A stretch of 63,986 nucleotides of DNA, filler included, from Octopus bimaculoides (GCF_001194135.2; 6 parts of 6 records of this genome joined end to end with filler, not necessarily neighbours in it); one strand, 5' to 3'. Shown: positions 38,252 through 51,471, numbered from the whole stretch's first letter. Notes: generated from the sequence alone by a model not told the origin. A program made the numbers and translations.

Positions 38252-38838
38252 ATTTCCTGTATGACTTCTATACACAATGCTTTAACATGCTTAAATACAC
38301 ATACCTATACACTTATAGTAAACAGATGAGACCCCACTGAGTGTGATTTACCTATGCACTCATATATGTCTGTAGGTATATGTCCTTTGTTCCCCCAAAT
38401 ACCACCACCATTACCACCAGATTCATAATACCCCACTTGTTACAATCACTCTCATATCTATATATCCTCCCTCACCCCTCTGCCAATAATCATGCTCCTC
38501 ATGGCCCACACAACCTCTTCACAATCCCTTATCCACTCACTGTTGTTGTTTCCCTCACAACACCAGATAATAATTCCCACTATCTACAGTCTGTTAATGC
38601 TTAACATTCTTAGGCTAGCTTTCCCCCAACACACACATGCTCATATGCACATACACACACAAATACACACATACAAACTACCTACTATTCATGCTGGATA
38701 TTCCCCAGACATGTTTAAATTTATTGGGTTTTTGAGCCAGAGCTTATGTGACATAGCCTTTTGAATTACAGGTACATCTACATCTGTCTCTCTGTTTGTC
38801 TGTGTCTGTCTGTCTGTCTGTTTGTCTGTGTCTATCTG

Positions 38839-38875
<37 letters not shown>

Positions 38876-38878
38876 ATA

Positions 38879-40109
38879 CAGGGTGCATAAGGTATTTGAG
38901 GACATACCTTTTTGGGGTCATTGCTGCATTTTTTGCTAACTCTGTATAATCTTTGTTTCAGAAAATAATAATGGCAGACCCTCAGCTTACTCAAGAAATG
39001 AAGAGGCATGCTGTTATTGTGGTTATAAAGGCTGAGCATAGCAATTTAGAAATATCTTAGTTTTTAAAAGCTGCCAGATCTTTCATCTACAAAGTTTGTA
39101 AGAAGCTAGAGACTGAAGATGGAAACGTATCTAAATGCTCTGAAATCATCAGAACACCTGAATTTATCCAGGAAATTCAACAGACCATTGATTACAATCC
39201 CAGAAAGCTCATGAGATCAATTGCAAAAGATCTCCATATGTCAGAAGAAACAGTTAGAAGTGTTGTCCACAAAGACTTCAGATATAAGTCTTATATGATG
39301 AGGAAAGGTAAATTTGTTCAAAAAAGCAAAAGAAAATCACTACATCAGATCTAAATGGCTCTTAAACAAACTGAAAAATCCAGTAGAAGAAGATTTGATT
39401 TGGTTTTTCTTAAACGAGAAAAACTTTGACAAAGATCAAAAAGTTAACAGAAGAAATGACATATAGTTACGTGCAGACCCTTCTGAAGTTTCAAGTGTTA
39501 TGCATACAAAATTTCCTGCAACCATCGTGGTTTTAGGATTGTCAGCAATGAAGGACATGTGATGCCTCCTTACTTCTTTCCACAATGCCTTAGAGTTAAC
39601 TCTGCCACCTACAATGAGGTTCTGGAAATAATTGTTAAGCCCTGGATAGACAGTGTATGCAATAGAAGGCCATATGTGTTTCAGTAAGACTGCACTATCA
39701 CACATGGCTCTAGTAACAGAAATGAATGGCTGAAAATTTTCATGATCACATAACCCTCAACATTTGGCCTCCTAATTCCCCAGATCTCAATCTATTGGAT
39801 TATTACATGCAGAGTATTGTTGAGAGAGAGGTCAATGAACACACCTATAACACCAAAGCTTCTTTGAAAGCTACCCTAGTCAGAGTAACGTCCAAAATGA
39901 AACAGGACCACTTGATTCAAGCATGTAGATGATTTAGATCTCATATAGAAGCAGGTGTTGAAGCTGAAGATGGCTTTATTGAATAACATTATAGAAAGGA
40001 AGGTTTATTTTTATCCTCATAGCATTTTTTGATAAATAAAGTTATCTGTTATTATATATCTGTTTTATTTATAAACATAAATCTGTCCTGAAATATCTTA
40101 TGCACCCTG
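38879..40109 (+). mobile_element. Full-length maT (DD37D-type) Tc1/mariner transposon, transposase pseudogene
   Basis: TIRs CAGGGTGCATAAGGTATTTGAGGACA / TGTCCTGAAATATCTTATGCACCCTG flanked by TA; motifs NEKNF, KFPATIVV, FQ*D, IWPPNSPDLNLLDYY; D-to-D spacing of 37 reconstructed across frameshifts. Confidence 0.9.
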
Positions 40110-40116
40110 TATATAT

Positions 40117-40153
<37 letters not shown>

Positions 40154-41190
40154 NNNNNNNNNNNNNNNNNNNNNNNNNNNNNNNNNNNNNNNNNNNNNNN
40201 NNNNNNNNNNNNNNNNNNNNNNNNNNNNNNNNNNNNNNNNNNNNNNNNNNNNNNNNNNNNNNNNNNNNNNNNNNNNNNNNNNNNNNNNNNNNNNNNNNNN
40301 NNNNNNNNNNNNNNNNNNNNNNNNNNNNNNNNNNNNNNNNNNNNNNNNNNNNNNNNNNNNNNNNNNNNNNNNNNNNNNNNNNNNNNNNNNNNNNNNNNNN
40401 NNNNNNNNNNNNNNNNNNNNNNNNNNNNNNNNNNNNNNNNNNNNNNNNNNNNNNNNNNNNNNNNNNNNNNNNNNNNNNNNNNNNNNNNNNNNNNNNNNNN
40501 NNNNNNNNNNNNNNNNNNNNNNNNNNNNNNNNNNNNNNNNNNNNNNNNNNNNNNNNNNNNNNNNNNNNNNNNNNNNNNNNNNNNNNNNNNNNNNNNNNNN
40601 NNNNNNNNNNNNNNNNNNNNNNNNNNNNNNNNNNNNNNNNNNNNNNAAAAAAAAAAAACAGTGTTGGGTATAGACTGGAGAAAGAAACTATAATAGAAGG
40701 AGAGGAGCAAATGTTGGTGTCATAAGAAATTATAAACATTTGAGAGAAGAGGGAAGAATTCTTTTCTTTGAAATTAGATCTCGATGTACATACAAAGCTA
40801 TTAATAGTAGCATGTAAATATGTACATATAAATACTGGATATTGTTGTATACATAAATAACTTTATATGAGATCCAATTAAAAAAAAAAGAAATAATTAC
40901 TCCATGTTCTCTTGAATGTTTATAAATTCTTATTCACATCAAAAATATTCAATTGTCACTGGAAAAAATAAATCTAGTAAAATGGAAAGAGAATTTTGAA
41001 GGATTGCTTTGGTATAACGGCATTATGTATGTAGTGTCTACAATAGAAAGAGTTTGAGTTTCATTGAAGCTTTCAATTTTTTCTATCCAAAAGGGATTTT
41101 CACCACAACATTTACATGGTATTTATTATTAATAGCTTTATATGTACAACGAGATCCAATTAAAAAAAAAAAAAGAATATATATACATAT

Positions 41191-41353
41191 AGGTGCGGGC
41201 ATGGCTGTGTGGTAAGAAGTTTGCTTCATAACCACATGGTCTTGGGTTCAGTCCCTCAGTGAGGCACCTTGGGCAAGTGTCTTCTACTATAGCCTCAGGT
41301 TGACCAAAGCCTTGTGAGTGGATTTGATTGAGCAAAATTGAAAGAAGCTCATC
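41191..41353 (+). mobile_element. SINE family A head
   Basis: tRNA head plus core. Confidence 0.85.
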
Positions 41354-41357
41354 ATAC

Positions 41358-41745
41358 ATCATCATCATCATTTAACATCTGTCTTCCATGCTGGCATGGG
41401 TTGGATGGTTTGACAGGAGCCGCCAGGTAGAAGACTACATCAGGCTACTGTGTCTGTTTCGGCATGGTTTTTATGACTGAATACCCTTCCTAAGACCAAC
41501 CACCCAATAGAGTGGACTGAGTGCTTTCTATGTGGCACCAGTACAGGTGAAGCCAGTTTTGACATGGTCTTTGCAGCTGAATACCCTTCCAAATGCTAAC
41601 CACTTCACAATTTGGACTGGATACTTTTTATGTGGCACCAGCACTGGCAGGTTCACCAAGCAACTTGCAAGACAAAGGAATTTCGAGAGGGGAGGGGGGT
41701 ATCGGAGGAGGTGATCTTGTGTCAGATGATGAAAAATTAGGCAGA
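41358..41745 (-). mobile_element. SINE family D / RTE-type 3' end with (GAT)n tail
   Basis: CATCATTTAACATCTGTCTTCCATGCTGGCATGGGTTGG; homolog at 42979. Confidence 0.7.
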
Positions 41746-41807
41746 GATGCAGAAACAGGCATCTTGCTATAGAGGAGGTAGATGGTTACCTGGCCAAGAG
41801 AGAGGGA

Positions 41808-42320
41808 GAAAGAGAGAGAGAGAGGGAGAGGGAGAGAGAGAAAGAGAAAGGGAAAGAGANNNNNNNNNNNNNNNNNNNNNNNNNNNNNNNNNNNNNNNNN
41901 NNNNNNNNNNNNNNNNNNNNNNNNNNNNNNNNNNNNNNNNNNNNNNNNNNNNNNNNNNNNNNNNNNNNNNNNNNNNNNNNNNNNNNNNNNNNNNNNNNNN
42001 NNNNNNNNNNNNNNNNNNNNNNNNNNNNNNNNNNNNNNNNNNNNNNNNNNNNNNNNNNNNNNNNNNNNNNNNNNNNNNNNNNNNNNNNNNNNNNNNNNNN
42101 NNNNGGAGAAAGAGAGAGAGAGAGGGAGAGGGAGAGAGAGAAAGAGAAAGGGAAAGAGGGAGAGGGGGAGAGAGAGGGAGAGGTAACAAGAAAATGGACA
42201 GAAACAGGTATGCTACTGTAGAGGAGATACATGGTCACCCAGCCAGAGGGAAGAGCAAGGGAAAGAGAGAGAGAGAGGGAGAGGGAGAGAGAGAAAGAGA
42301 AAGGGAAAGAGAGAGAGAGT
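41808..42320. repeat. Purine-rich (AG) compound repeat
   Basis: GAGAGGGAGAGGGAGAGAGAGAAAGAGAAAGGGAAAGAG recurring. Confidence 0.85.
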
Positions 42321-42376
42321 GGAAGACAGCAAGAGTGCAAGAGAGAGCATGAAAGAGATGATGGTGAAGTGGCAGA

Positions 42377-42526
42377 TATGTGTGTGTGTGTTTGTGTTTG
42401 TGTTTGTGTTTGTCCCTCATCACCACTTGACAACCAGTGTTGATAGGATAAGTACTAGGCCTAAGAACAAAAGATAAGCACTGGAATCGATTCATTTGAC
42501 TAAAAATTCTTCAAGGCAGTGCCCCA
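42377..42526 (+). mobile_element. SINE family A 3' fragment
   Basis: Shared modules. Confidence 0.65.
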
Positions 42527-42978
42527 TGACATTTTAGTGGAAATTCTTTTCAATTTGAAATGTTGGTACTACTCATGATATTACATACAGCTCAAACAAT
42601 CCTCACCTCAGGCCAGTTACAGCATTTGAAATGACTACCTAAAAGTTTACTCCTCCATCTCTTATCTGCCCACCACCTATGACACTCAAAAACTATAAAT
42701 GGTTGTTCCACATACCATCCTCATCACTTTATCTCCCCTCCCCATCCTCTCCTAGGCCTTATATGAGAGACAGGGTTTTGGTTCATCCTCATGTGTACCC
42801 TCACTTGTACCCACCTTCCCTTCCTCCATCCATTTTTTCACTCCAATCAATTATTTGCATCTCTCATCTCAGCCCCAGCAATGCTTACTCACCCACTGTC
42901 AGCCTTTGCTCCTTTTCTACCTCTTTTCCTCCCACTGTTTTATAATGAAAAATTTATTAGAATATTATACCCTTTAAT

Positions 42979-43320
42979 CATCATTATCATCATCATCGTT
43001 TAACATCTGCTTTCCATGCTAGCATGGGTTGGACGATTTGACTGAGGACTGGTGAAACCTGATGGCTACACCAGGCTCCAATCTGATTTGGCAGAGTTTC
43101 TACAGCTGGATGCCCTTCCTAACGCCAACCACTCAGAGAGTGTAGTGGGTGCTTTTACGTGCCACCGGCACGAAGGCCAGTCAGGCGGTACCGGCAACAG
43201 CCATGCTCAAAATAGTGTATTTTATGTGCCACCCACACAAGAGCCAGTCCAGGGGCACTGGCAACGATCTCACACGAAAATCCTTACACATGTCACGGGC
43301 ACCAGTGCCAGTGCCCATGA
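42979..43320 (-). mobile_element. SINE family D / RTE-type 3' end
   Basis: GGATGCCCTTCCTAACGCCAACC motif and (CAT)n end. Confidence 0.75.
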
Positions 43321-43359
43321 CATAAATATATATTTGTCAAGAGTAATGGATTGACAGAA

Positions 43360-43535
43360 TATCAGACAAAATACTTTACAGCATTTCTTTTGACTCTTTA
43401 TATTCTGAGTTCAAATCCTACCAGGTCAACTTTGCCTTTCATATACTTTTGGGCCCATGGGCATATGGCGTAGCGATTAAGAGCACAGGCCACTAACCCC
43501 AAGATTCCGAGTTCTATTCCAGGCAGCGACCTAAC
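43360..43535 (+). mobile_element. SINE C fragment followed by a short tRNA-like SINE head
   Basis: GAGTTCAAATCC..AGGTCAACTTTGCC; then TGGCGTAGCGATTAAG...GAGTTCTATTCC. Confidence 0.6.
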
Positions 43536-43546
43536 TAATAATAATG

Positions 43547-43581
<35 letters not shown>

Positions 43582-43821
43582 CCCCTACATGGTAAATACT
43601 GGGCTAAACTAAATGCGAAAGAAATAGACAGAGAAAAATCCCAGCAATGGCTGAGAAGCTCAGGACTCAAAGCAGAGACTGAAGGATTTTTAATTGCTGC
43701 ACAAGACCAGAGCCTCCCCACCAGAAATTACCAAAAACACATAATGAAAAGAAATATAACAAGTAACTGTAGAATATGTGGAGATCGACAAGAAACAATA
43801 AATCATATTATCTCTGGCTGC
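43582..43821 (+). mobile_element. R4/Dong-like REL LINE, 5'-truncated, uninterrupted frame
   Basis: PLHGKYWAKLNAKEIDREKSQQWLRSSGLKAETEGFLIAAQDQSLPTRNYQKHIMKRNITSNCRICGDRQETINHIISGC (CCHC knuckle), no stops. Confidence 0.92.
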
Positions 43822-43921
43822 NNNNNNNNNNNNNNNNNNNNNNNNNNNNNNNNNNNNNNNNNNNNTTAATTAATTAANNNNNNNNNNNNNNNNNNNNNNN
43901 NNNNNNNNNNNNNNNNNNNNN
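43822..43921. other. Artificial 100-bp scaffold join
   Basis: N44-TTAATTAATTAA-N44. Confidence 0.95.
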
Positions 43922-43979
43922 TTATCTTATCTTTATTTAAAAAAAACAACGGCCATTTGCTCTTTCTCCCTCTCTTTGT

Positions 43980-44015
<36 letters not shown>

Positions 44016-44639
44016 CTTTCAACTGATTCTCATCTGATGAAAATTCAGTCAACAAATAGATCTCGGTTGAAATAGATTACTTTATATCATCATCGTCATC
44101 ATCGTCATCATCGTCATCATCACCAGTATTATTATAATTATTGTTATTATTATTATTGTTGTTGTTGTTCTTATTACTATTATGCTAATCAGAAATCGTG
44201 CTCATTGCTGAGGTGGGGAAGTCTTTTAAATATAACCGCAGGAAATGTTTCAATATTAGCATTATTTGCCATTATTTACCTGATAAATTGAATTTGTATA
44301 TATATATATATATACACATGCACGAGCGCACGCACACACACACACACACACCCATATCGTAAAAGTAAATTTGATCACTCATTCTTCTCGCTAGAAACAG
44401 TATACAATACTTTTTACATCATTTGTTTTGGTTTTACAAAAGCGCTTTTGTCAATACGAGACAGAATTATTTGTTTATGTGGATTACTTACAGCATGAGA
44501 AGTTAAAATACATCTGGTTCTTTAAACATCCAAGAATGTTTGATAAAACAAACCTGGAATCAAAGACGTGTAAAGTGTTTCTTATATTTTAAAATTAATA
44601 TTCTTTTACCTATTTTTGGCTGCCTTTAGCTTTTCTTAC

Positions 44640-45070
44640 TCGGGCGCGGTAGATTGGGAGACATGTTAAGACGTTGGACAAAATGCTTTGCGGTATATGT
44701 ATATCATTTTGGTTCTTTACGTTATAATTTCAAATCTCAACGATGTCAGCTTAGCATTTCTTCCTTTCAAGGTGGATGAAATAAAGTACCAGTCATATAC
44801 TAGTGTCGATACTATCGAGTAACCTGTTCCCCTCGAAACTGATGGTTTTGTGCCTAAAATTACAATTTTCTTGGTCGAGGGCGGTAATTTGGGTGAATCA
44901 TAAACGCGAGGGACAAAATGCTTTGCAGTATTTTTTCGGCTCTTTACATTCTGAGTTCAAATTCCGAAGAGGACAAATTAGGGTTTCATCCTTCGAAGCA
45001 GATAAAATAATATATCATCCAAGTCCTGAGTTCAGTTTTATCGGTTAACTCCTTCCTCCCATACCTATAT
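44640..45070 (+). mobile_element. Two decayed SINE family C copies
   Basis: GGACAAAATGCTTTGC...GTTCAAATT...TTTCATCCTT. Confidence 0.7.
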
Positions 45071-45859
45071 TAGAAACATTTTTCTTACTCAAATGAGATG
45101 CAAACCTGTAGGAAATGAACGACAAATTACCGCACAAGCAATCAAGAGACAATCGTTTCGTTCCTTGTCAACGCTAGTATTGTCTTTGATTTCTGCGGCC
45201 AGTTATAAAGGGCCTGTCCACCGAAATGTAAATAGCCATCACAGTGTAGGAATATCGTAGTGCACAAGTAGAAACACTGTGAAATTAACGAAAAGTTCGA
45301 CAAGTTGCAATATTGTGTTCACTTCTTTTCTGTCTTCAGCGTTGCGCCCAACTACATAGGTTCATAACATTGTTTCACTAAAAGGTCTTGTTTGGCATTC
45401 AGCTAATACGTGAGTTCTGAGGTTTGTAATAAACTAGAAAAACGTCTAACATTTCTGTGAGTACAGTCGACCGAACAAACCTCAATATATTACTGCTACA
45501 TATATTATCATGTCGATATATAGTTAATAAAAAGTAAAGCAGTTATTTGCGTGGTTTGAAATTAGAACATCGGCGGCTGAAGCAAAAGAACTGATTTGGT
45601 AGGGTGCAGTTAAACCTCTTTAACCAATCCCATCGTCCTTCTTACAAACCATGAAAAACAAAAAAGTTACATGTCTAATAAAATAAAGAGACCATATGAC
45701 GTACAAGTGGGTGTACATACATACATACATACATACGTGTGCATGTACAGGTGTGTGTATATGTATATATGTATCTATCTATACACGCACACATACACAC
45801 ACACATAAAATACAAGCATGTATCAAATACACATTTATGTATATATGTATGTATGTATG

Positions 45860-45901
<42 letters not shown>

Positions 45902-46199
45902 TGTGAGTTGGTTTTCATATGCTCGTTTGTTTGTTTATTTTTCGTAGGTGGGTAATGAGTCACGAGTCTCTTGTGGTTCCTGAGAACGCATTCCGCACGT
46001 GGTTGTTTTTAAAATTCGAGCGTGTGTTACACGCTCGAAAGTTAAAACATAGTCTGTTTTTCACTTTTTTTATTATATTTTAGCAAAATTAGCGCTTTCA
46101 TATATTGTACTCATTAGATATAAAATGTATTTAACTGATAGTCGAGTTCTTGACACCTTTAGTACTTCTTAGAACGTTCCAATCAGCTAAATTTTTAGA

Positions 46200-46751
46200 A
46201 TACCTTTTTGATCAATCCGCATGCTCTTAAACATCACGGTTTGTCAGGCATACCGATAGTCTGTAACGTGTTTATGTTTATTAATCCACATCATTAGCTG
46301 GTTGTTATATTATTGCTGTTATTTCCGTTCAGAATAAACTAGAACATTTTAATGAATCGTTTTTCTTTTGTGGAAAGGAAAAATTACAAACATTTCCTTA
46401 CCACATGTCTCTATATGTTCGCTCAATGGAATTTGGCGAATATTGGTGTTCCGGATTTGTTGCCTGTAGACTCGTGAATCTTCCGATAATGCATTCCCTG
46501 TCTCGCTAATATATAATTCCTCGCAATTCGGGCATTTAATGCAGTAGATCAAATTTCTGCTTTTGCAGTTCATATCTGCATTTGCGAAAATCTGTCCGTT
46601 TTTTGTTCTAATGGATCTACCAGCATGCATGTATTGACACGTTCCACATCTGTTCTCATTACACTTGTATACTGCGAATGCGTTATCCCGTTTATTCATG
46701 TTGAATACTGTCTTTGTAAACAGTGTCTTTAGGTTGCGTTTTGCATAAGAT
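46200..46751 (-). mobile_element. Penelope-like element GIY-YIG fragment (second family)
   Basis: KCNENRCGTC...MNCKSRNLIYCIKCPNCEELYISETG...IPLSEHI. Confidence 0.88.
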
Positions 46752-46779
46752 NNNNNNNNNNTATATATAAATATATATA

Positions 46780-47669
46780 CAGGATGCGATGGGTAATTTC
46801 TTGCCATGTTATATTCTAAATTTAGCGCATACGCGTTGTTTGTTTTTGATCTTGTCAACTATACAGTATAGTAGGTTCAGTTGCACTGTCTGTGAGAAAA
46901 TCAGCACCATTACGCAATTCACTCTGTCAGAGATTTGGAAACGACATGCTGTCCTGTTTGGCATTCGCGCTGGAAGCTCCAGTAGTAACACTGCAGAGTG
47001 TATTGGTGTCAATCTGAGGACAGTGCAATCTCAGGACATGTACCGAGAGCGATAAAAATTAAGCATCCAGTCAACATCATGGTGTTTGGAGTGATCACTA
47101 GTGATGGCGTCGTTATGCCTCCATTCATCTTCCCACACGGCCTCAGACTCAGCACGAAGGCTTATATCAAGTACCTGGAGGAAGTAGTGCTTCCCTGAGT
47201 CAAGAGATTAGCTCCTGGAAGACTCTATGTCTGGCAACAGGACTCTGCACCATGCCAAACAAGCAAGAGAACCCACCCAGTCATGGCTGTCAGATAATTT
47301 CTGCGACCCCACCACCCCTAACATCTGGACACCTAACTCCCCAGACTTCAACCCCGTTGGTTATTATCTGTGGAGCACAGTTGAGCGAGGGATCAACAAA
47401 ACTCTTTGTAACGCCAAAGATGAACTGAAGGCAATGATTATGGCAGCATTCACCGTCTTAAACAAGGAGACCATCTAGAAGAATTACATGAGATTCCGAA
47501 GTCGTCTGGAGGCTATGGTTGAAGCGAATGGAGATTTTATCGAATATATTTATTTTTTAGTATTTCAAGATATTTTTTATGTAATTTTGGTAAATATATC
47601 TGTTAAAATGAGATGTCAGTATTATTTTCATTTTTGCATAATTTAGACGAGTTTATTCATCGCACCCTG
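46780..47669 (+). mobile_element. Internally deleted maT (DD37D-type) transposon
   Basis: TIRs CAGGATGCGATGGGTAA / TTATTCATCGCACCCTG with TA flanks; KHPVNIMVFGVITSDG, WQQDSAP, IWTPNSPDFNPVGYY. Confidence 0.9.
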
Positions 47670-48053
47670 TATATATATATATATNNNNNNNNNNNNNNNN
47701 NNNNNNNNNNNNNNNNNNNNNNNNNNNNNNNNNNNNNNNNNNNNNNNNNNNNNNNNNNNNNNNNNNNNNNNNNNNNNNNNNNNNNNNNNNNNNNNNNNNN
47801 NNNNNNNNNNNNNNNNNNNNNNNNNNNNNNNNNNNNNNNNNNNNNNNNNNNNNNNNNNNNNNNNNNNNNNNNNNNNNNNNNNNNNNNNNNNNNNNNNNNN
47901 NNNNNNNNNNNNNNNNNNNNNNNNNNNNNNNNNNNNNNNNNNNNNNNNNNNNNNNNNNNNNNNNNNNNNNNNNNNNNNNNNNNNNNNNNNNNNNNNNNNN
48001 NNNNNNNNNNNNNNNNNNNNNNNNNNNNNNNNNNNNNNNNNNNNNNNNNNNNN

Positions 48054-48088
<35 letters not shown>

Positions 48089-48663
48089 CACCTGTACCAG
48101 GAGAGCCATTTTGGTGGAAATATGACGTTACTGTATTCTATCAAAGAACCTGTTACAATTTCTATAATGTCACCTAGCTTCATAATAGACTCATTGATGC
48201 TGTGAATGGCGCTTAAATGTTAGGTTACAATAGTTGCAAACGGCTGCGACAGAAGCAACAAGAAAAAGACTAAAGTTTCTATCGCCTCGTCTAGTAACAG
48301 ATGCCATAAGTGCATCAACGGTGATGGTTGCAGCATTTATTGCAGATATTCTGTGAAATGCAGCGACTGTAGTAGCAGCAGCGCTAAAAACTAAGAGCTG
48401 TATTAAAAGTGATATTAACAGCAGCATTACAGCTTCTATGGTAGCAACCCTGGCAGTAACCGACTGAAACAGCAGCAATGGCAGCAACAGGCTGAACTTC
48501 ACTGAAGCAGACGATTGCAGGAAAAATAACCTGAGGAACAGATTGGGGAACAAATATAAACTTTAAAAAAAATGGCGCTCAGTGAAGGGAAAGAATCGGG
48601 TTTTCGTGGAATTTGATTAAGGAACGAAAGGAAGAAATAACGTGGGTGAGAGATGGAGATATA

Positions 48664-48772
<109 letters not shown>

Positions 48773-49548
48773 GGATAGAGAGACTAGAATCACTGGATTC
48801 TGTCTTTCAAAAAGAGATCTCATTCAATGTCATCTCAATATCTAAACTGATTAATTAGGTCTGTGATTAAAGTTATTACAACTGTGAGCATTATGTCGTC
48901 TTTTTAGGACTTATGTAATACTATGAAGTACGAGATTATCTAATATGTCATTTTCCTTTTTAACGTGTTAAGATGATCAGAAATATGATTTGGGAGATAT
49001 TTGGTTACTATTTCTAGCAGACTGAATAACCAGATAGAGGCTGCTTTGATGTTTCGCTTACATTAGAAGCGAAATCAAGACATGCAATCTTGTATCATGT
49101 CTACTGTTTTGTTTAGTTTTGTATTTCTACTGTATTGACAGTAGGAAGTATATGTGCAGTGTGTATTAACGCGATGTTCTATATCCAGTGCACATGTGTA
49201 AAAAAATATGGGGTTTTATTATTTATTTATCTAAATGTTTTTAATAATTCTCAAGACAGATATCATGGCGATTGCTCCTGTTCCTATATTACGGTTATCT
49301 CTGTTTCTTGATCATTATATTTGGCCACTTTCTCCATTTATTTGAGATGCGTCATCGTCAACTGGAACAAAATAGAATTTCTTTTTCTGGTTGTTCTTGA
49401 CAATAATACCTGTACGATCAACCTTGATTTCCTCTCTACATGGATTGACATTTACCAGAATGTCTTTGCTTTGTCATTCTCTGAGACCTTTTCTGATGTA
49501 TGTTTGTGTAATCTCTTTTCAATTTTTATTTCATTAAGCACAGATAAC

Positions 49549-49822
49549 TGGTGCTCCATCGGTTTGGACGACGCGGGTTCCAGTTGATCCGATCAGTGGT
49601 ACAACCTGCTTGTGAAATTAACGTAAAAATGACTGAGCACTCCGCAGACATAGAATGTGACAAAGGTGGCCCCTTTTGAATTACTGGTGCAACTAATTTT
49701 TGCCAGCTGAGTGAACTAGGGTAACGAAAAAGAAAGCGTCTTTTTCAAGGAGACAATGCACCGCCAGGAATCGAACTCACGACCGTGGGCCGAATACCCG
49801 AACCACGAAGCCACGCGTCTTC
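49549..49822 (-). mobile_element. SINE family B variant, decayed
   Basis: B tail and tRNA head on the minus strand. Confidence 0.75.
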
Positions 49823-50023
49823 ACAACACCGATAATATCTGGTGTATGGAACCAACAGTTGTCAGACATGTAAACGAATTCTTTCCTGGATAAGACTGGG
49901 CAGCCAAAGACAGTTTCGAGTGTGATAAGTTATTTATTCTCAATCTCCACGCATTCTGCACTTCATGTATCAGTGAGGAGGTTTTGGTCGTCTTCGCAAT
50001 AAAACAAACCTTCGGTCTCAAGT

Positions 50024-50088
50024 TTGAGTCCTACACTTGAGTCCTACACTTGAGTCCTACACTTGAGTCCTACACTTGAGTCCTACAC
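50024..50088. repeat. Perfect 13-bp minisatellite, 5 copies
   Basis: (TTGAGTCCTACAC)5. Confidence 0.97.
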
Positions 50089-50419
50089 GGGCTGAAGCCA
50101 GCTGGTACTTTCTTTCTTCTGCTTCCTCTCTACTGAATTATTTTCAATATCGATTATATTAAATCATTTTCGCCATTTTATTTTAAAAGTTATAACTTTG
50201 CCTTTTATTCTTTCGAGATCGAAAAATAACTTCCAGCCGAACCAATGAAACCACCCAACCCATCCCTTTTTCCAAAATGTCAGGCCTTGTGCCTATAGTA
50301 AAGAAGATTACTTAAATATTTTCAATCGTGATACGTTTCATAATGCTGCTCCAAGAACCTCAGTTCTCCACTAGCTTTTGTGGGTCTTTAGTTTTATCTT
50401 TGCTAATAGCTTCAATGTG

Positions 50420-50760
50420 ATCTATTAGGGTGCACAGATTTACAAAATATGACAGATTGTAACATCTAATATGGCTTCAAGACATCTGGTAGTCAAGTGA
50501 TTCGAAGTCAACAATGTCCACCTTCATCAGGAAATGTGTAAATTTCTTTCTCCTGTATGATGTCGTAACTTGAACTATGAAGAAAGAGCTTCAAATTCAC
50601 CATGATGAAATACGCAGTAGACTTCTCAAGACTGTTTGAAACAATTCATAACATGAGCTCAACACCAAAGATATTTATGGATAAATCTCAGGGCAGGCTT
50701 TGCAGACCACCGTTATTGTGCTGAATAACGAACCATATCAAAATGTTACGACTGAAACTT
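50420..50760 (+). mobile_element. Possible decayed LINE RT fragment
   Basis: VDFSRLFETIH resembles the VDFSKAFDSIH motif. Confidence 0.35.
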
Positions 50761-50849
50761 ATTACTGAGACACCGTGGGTAATAAATTTAGTTTTTAAAA
50801 ATTATTCAAATTTCTAGGTAGAAACGTTCGAACATGAAAAATGATTGTT

Positions 50850-51020
50850 GTTGGCACTCCGTCGCTTACGACGTCGAGGGTTCCAGTTGAGCCGATCGAC
50901 GGAACAGCCTGCTCGTGAAATTAACGTGCAAGTGGCTGAGCACTCCACAGACACGTGTACCCTTAACGTAGTTCTCGGGGATATTCAGCGTGACACAGTG
51001 CGACAAGGCTGGCCCTTTGA
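50850..51020 (-). mobile_element. SINE family B 3' module, young
   Basis: Near-identical to 26166-26340. Confidence 0.92.
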
Positions 51021-51210
51021 TCTGGCTAGTATCAGTGATTTAAACCCTCAACTAACTATATCTGCCATAGCATTTGGTGCTCTGGATATCCTAACGGAAA
51101 TAGATAAGATCAAACACAATTCCGCAGTAAGTCCCCTTAGGTTCCCGGCCACACTCCTGAAGAGATGTGTCGACATCAAATTGCACCCCCTCTAGCTGAG
51201 CTATGGGGGA
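51021..51210 (+). mobile_element. CR1-group LINE fragment (pre-RT region)
   Basis: DILTEIDKIKHNSAVSPLRFPATLLKRC resembles I..L...SA.GPD.FPA.LLK.C. Confidence 0.65.
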
Positions 51211-51423
51211 ACTCACTTGACACAGGCTACATTCCTGATTATTTTCTTTCCCAGTCTGTCGTTCCAGTTTTCAAAACGGGAAACAAATCTCTTGCAGTGA
51301 ACTAGACAAAGAGTCCATTGATGGGAAAGTAAATTTTTATATAGCAAAGACATCAGTTTATACATAGATATATATATTCACGTATGTGTGTATGTATGTA
51401 TATATATATGTGTGTGTGTGCGT

Positions 51424-51471
<48 letters not shown>

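Noticed and set aside
44034-44075. CTGATGA...GAAA as a hammerhead
   Set aside because: Stems I, II and III do not form convincingly.
45140-45340. GAAAC-GATT-GTC with distant CTGAAGA on the minus strand as a hammerhead
   Set aside because: Neither stem I nor stem II pairs.
48191-48553. 120-aa Ala/Leu-rich ORF
   Set aside because: Degenerate GCA/GTA trinucleotide tract; no splice or homology support.
50845-51195. 116-aa ORF as a gene
   Set aside because: Fusion of SINE B antisense translation with a CR1 fragment.
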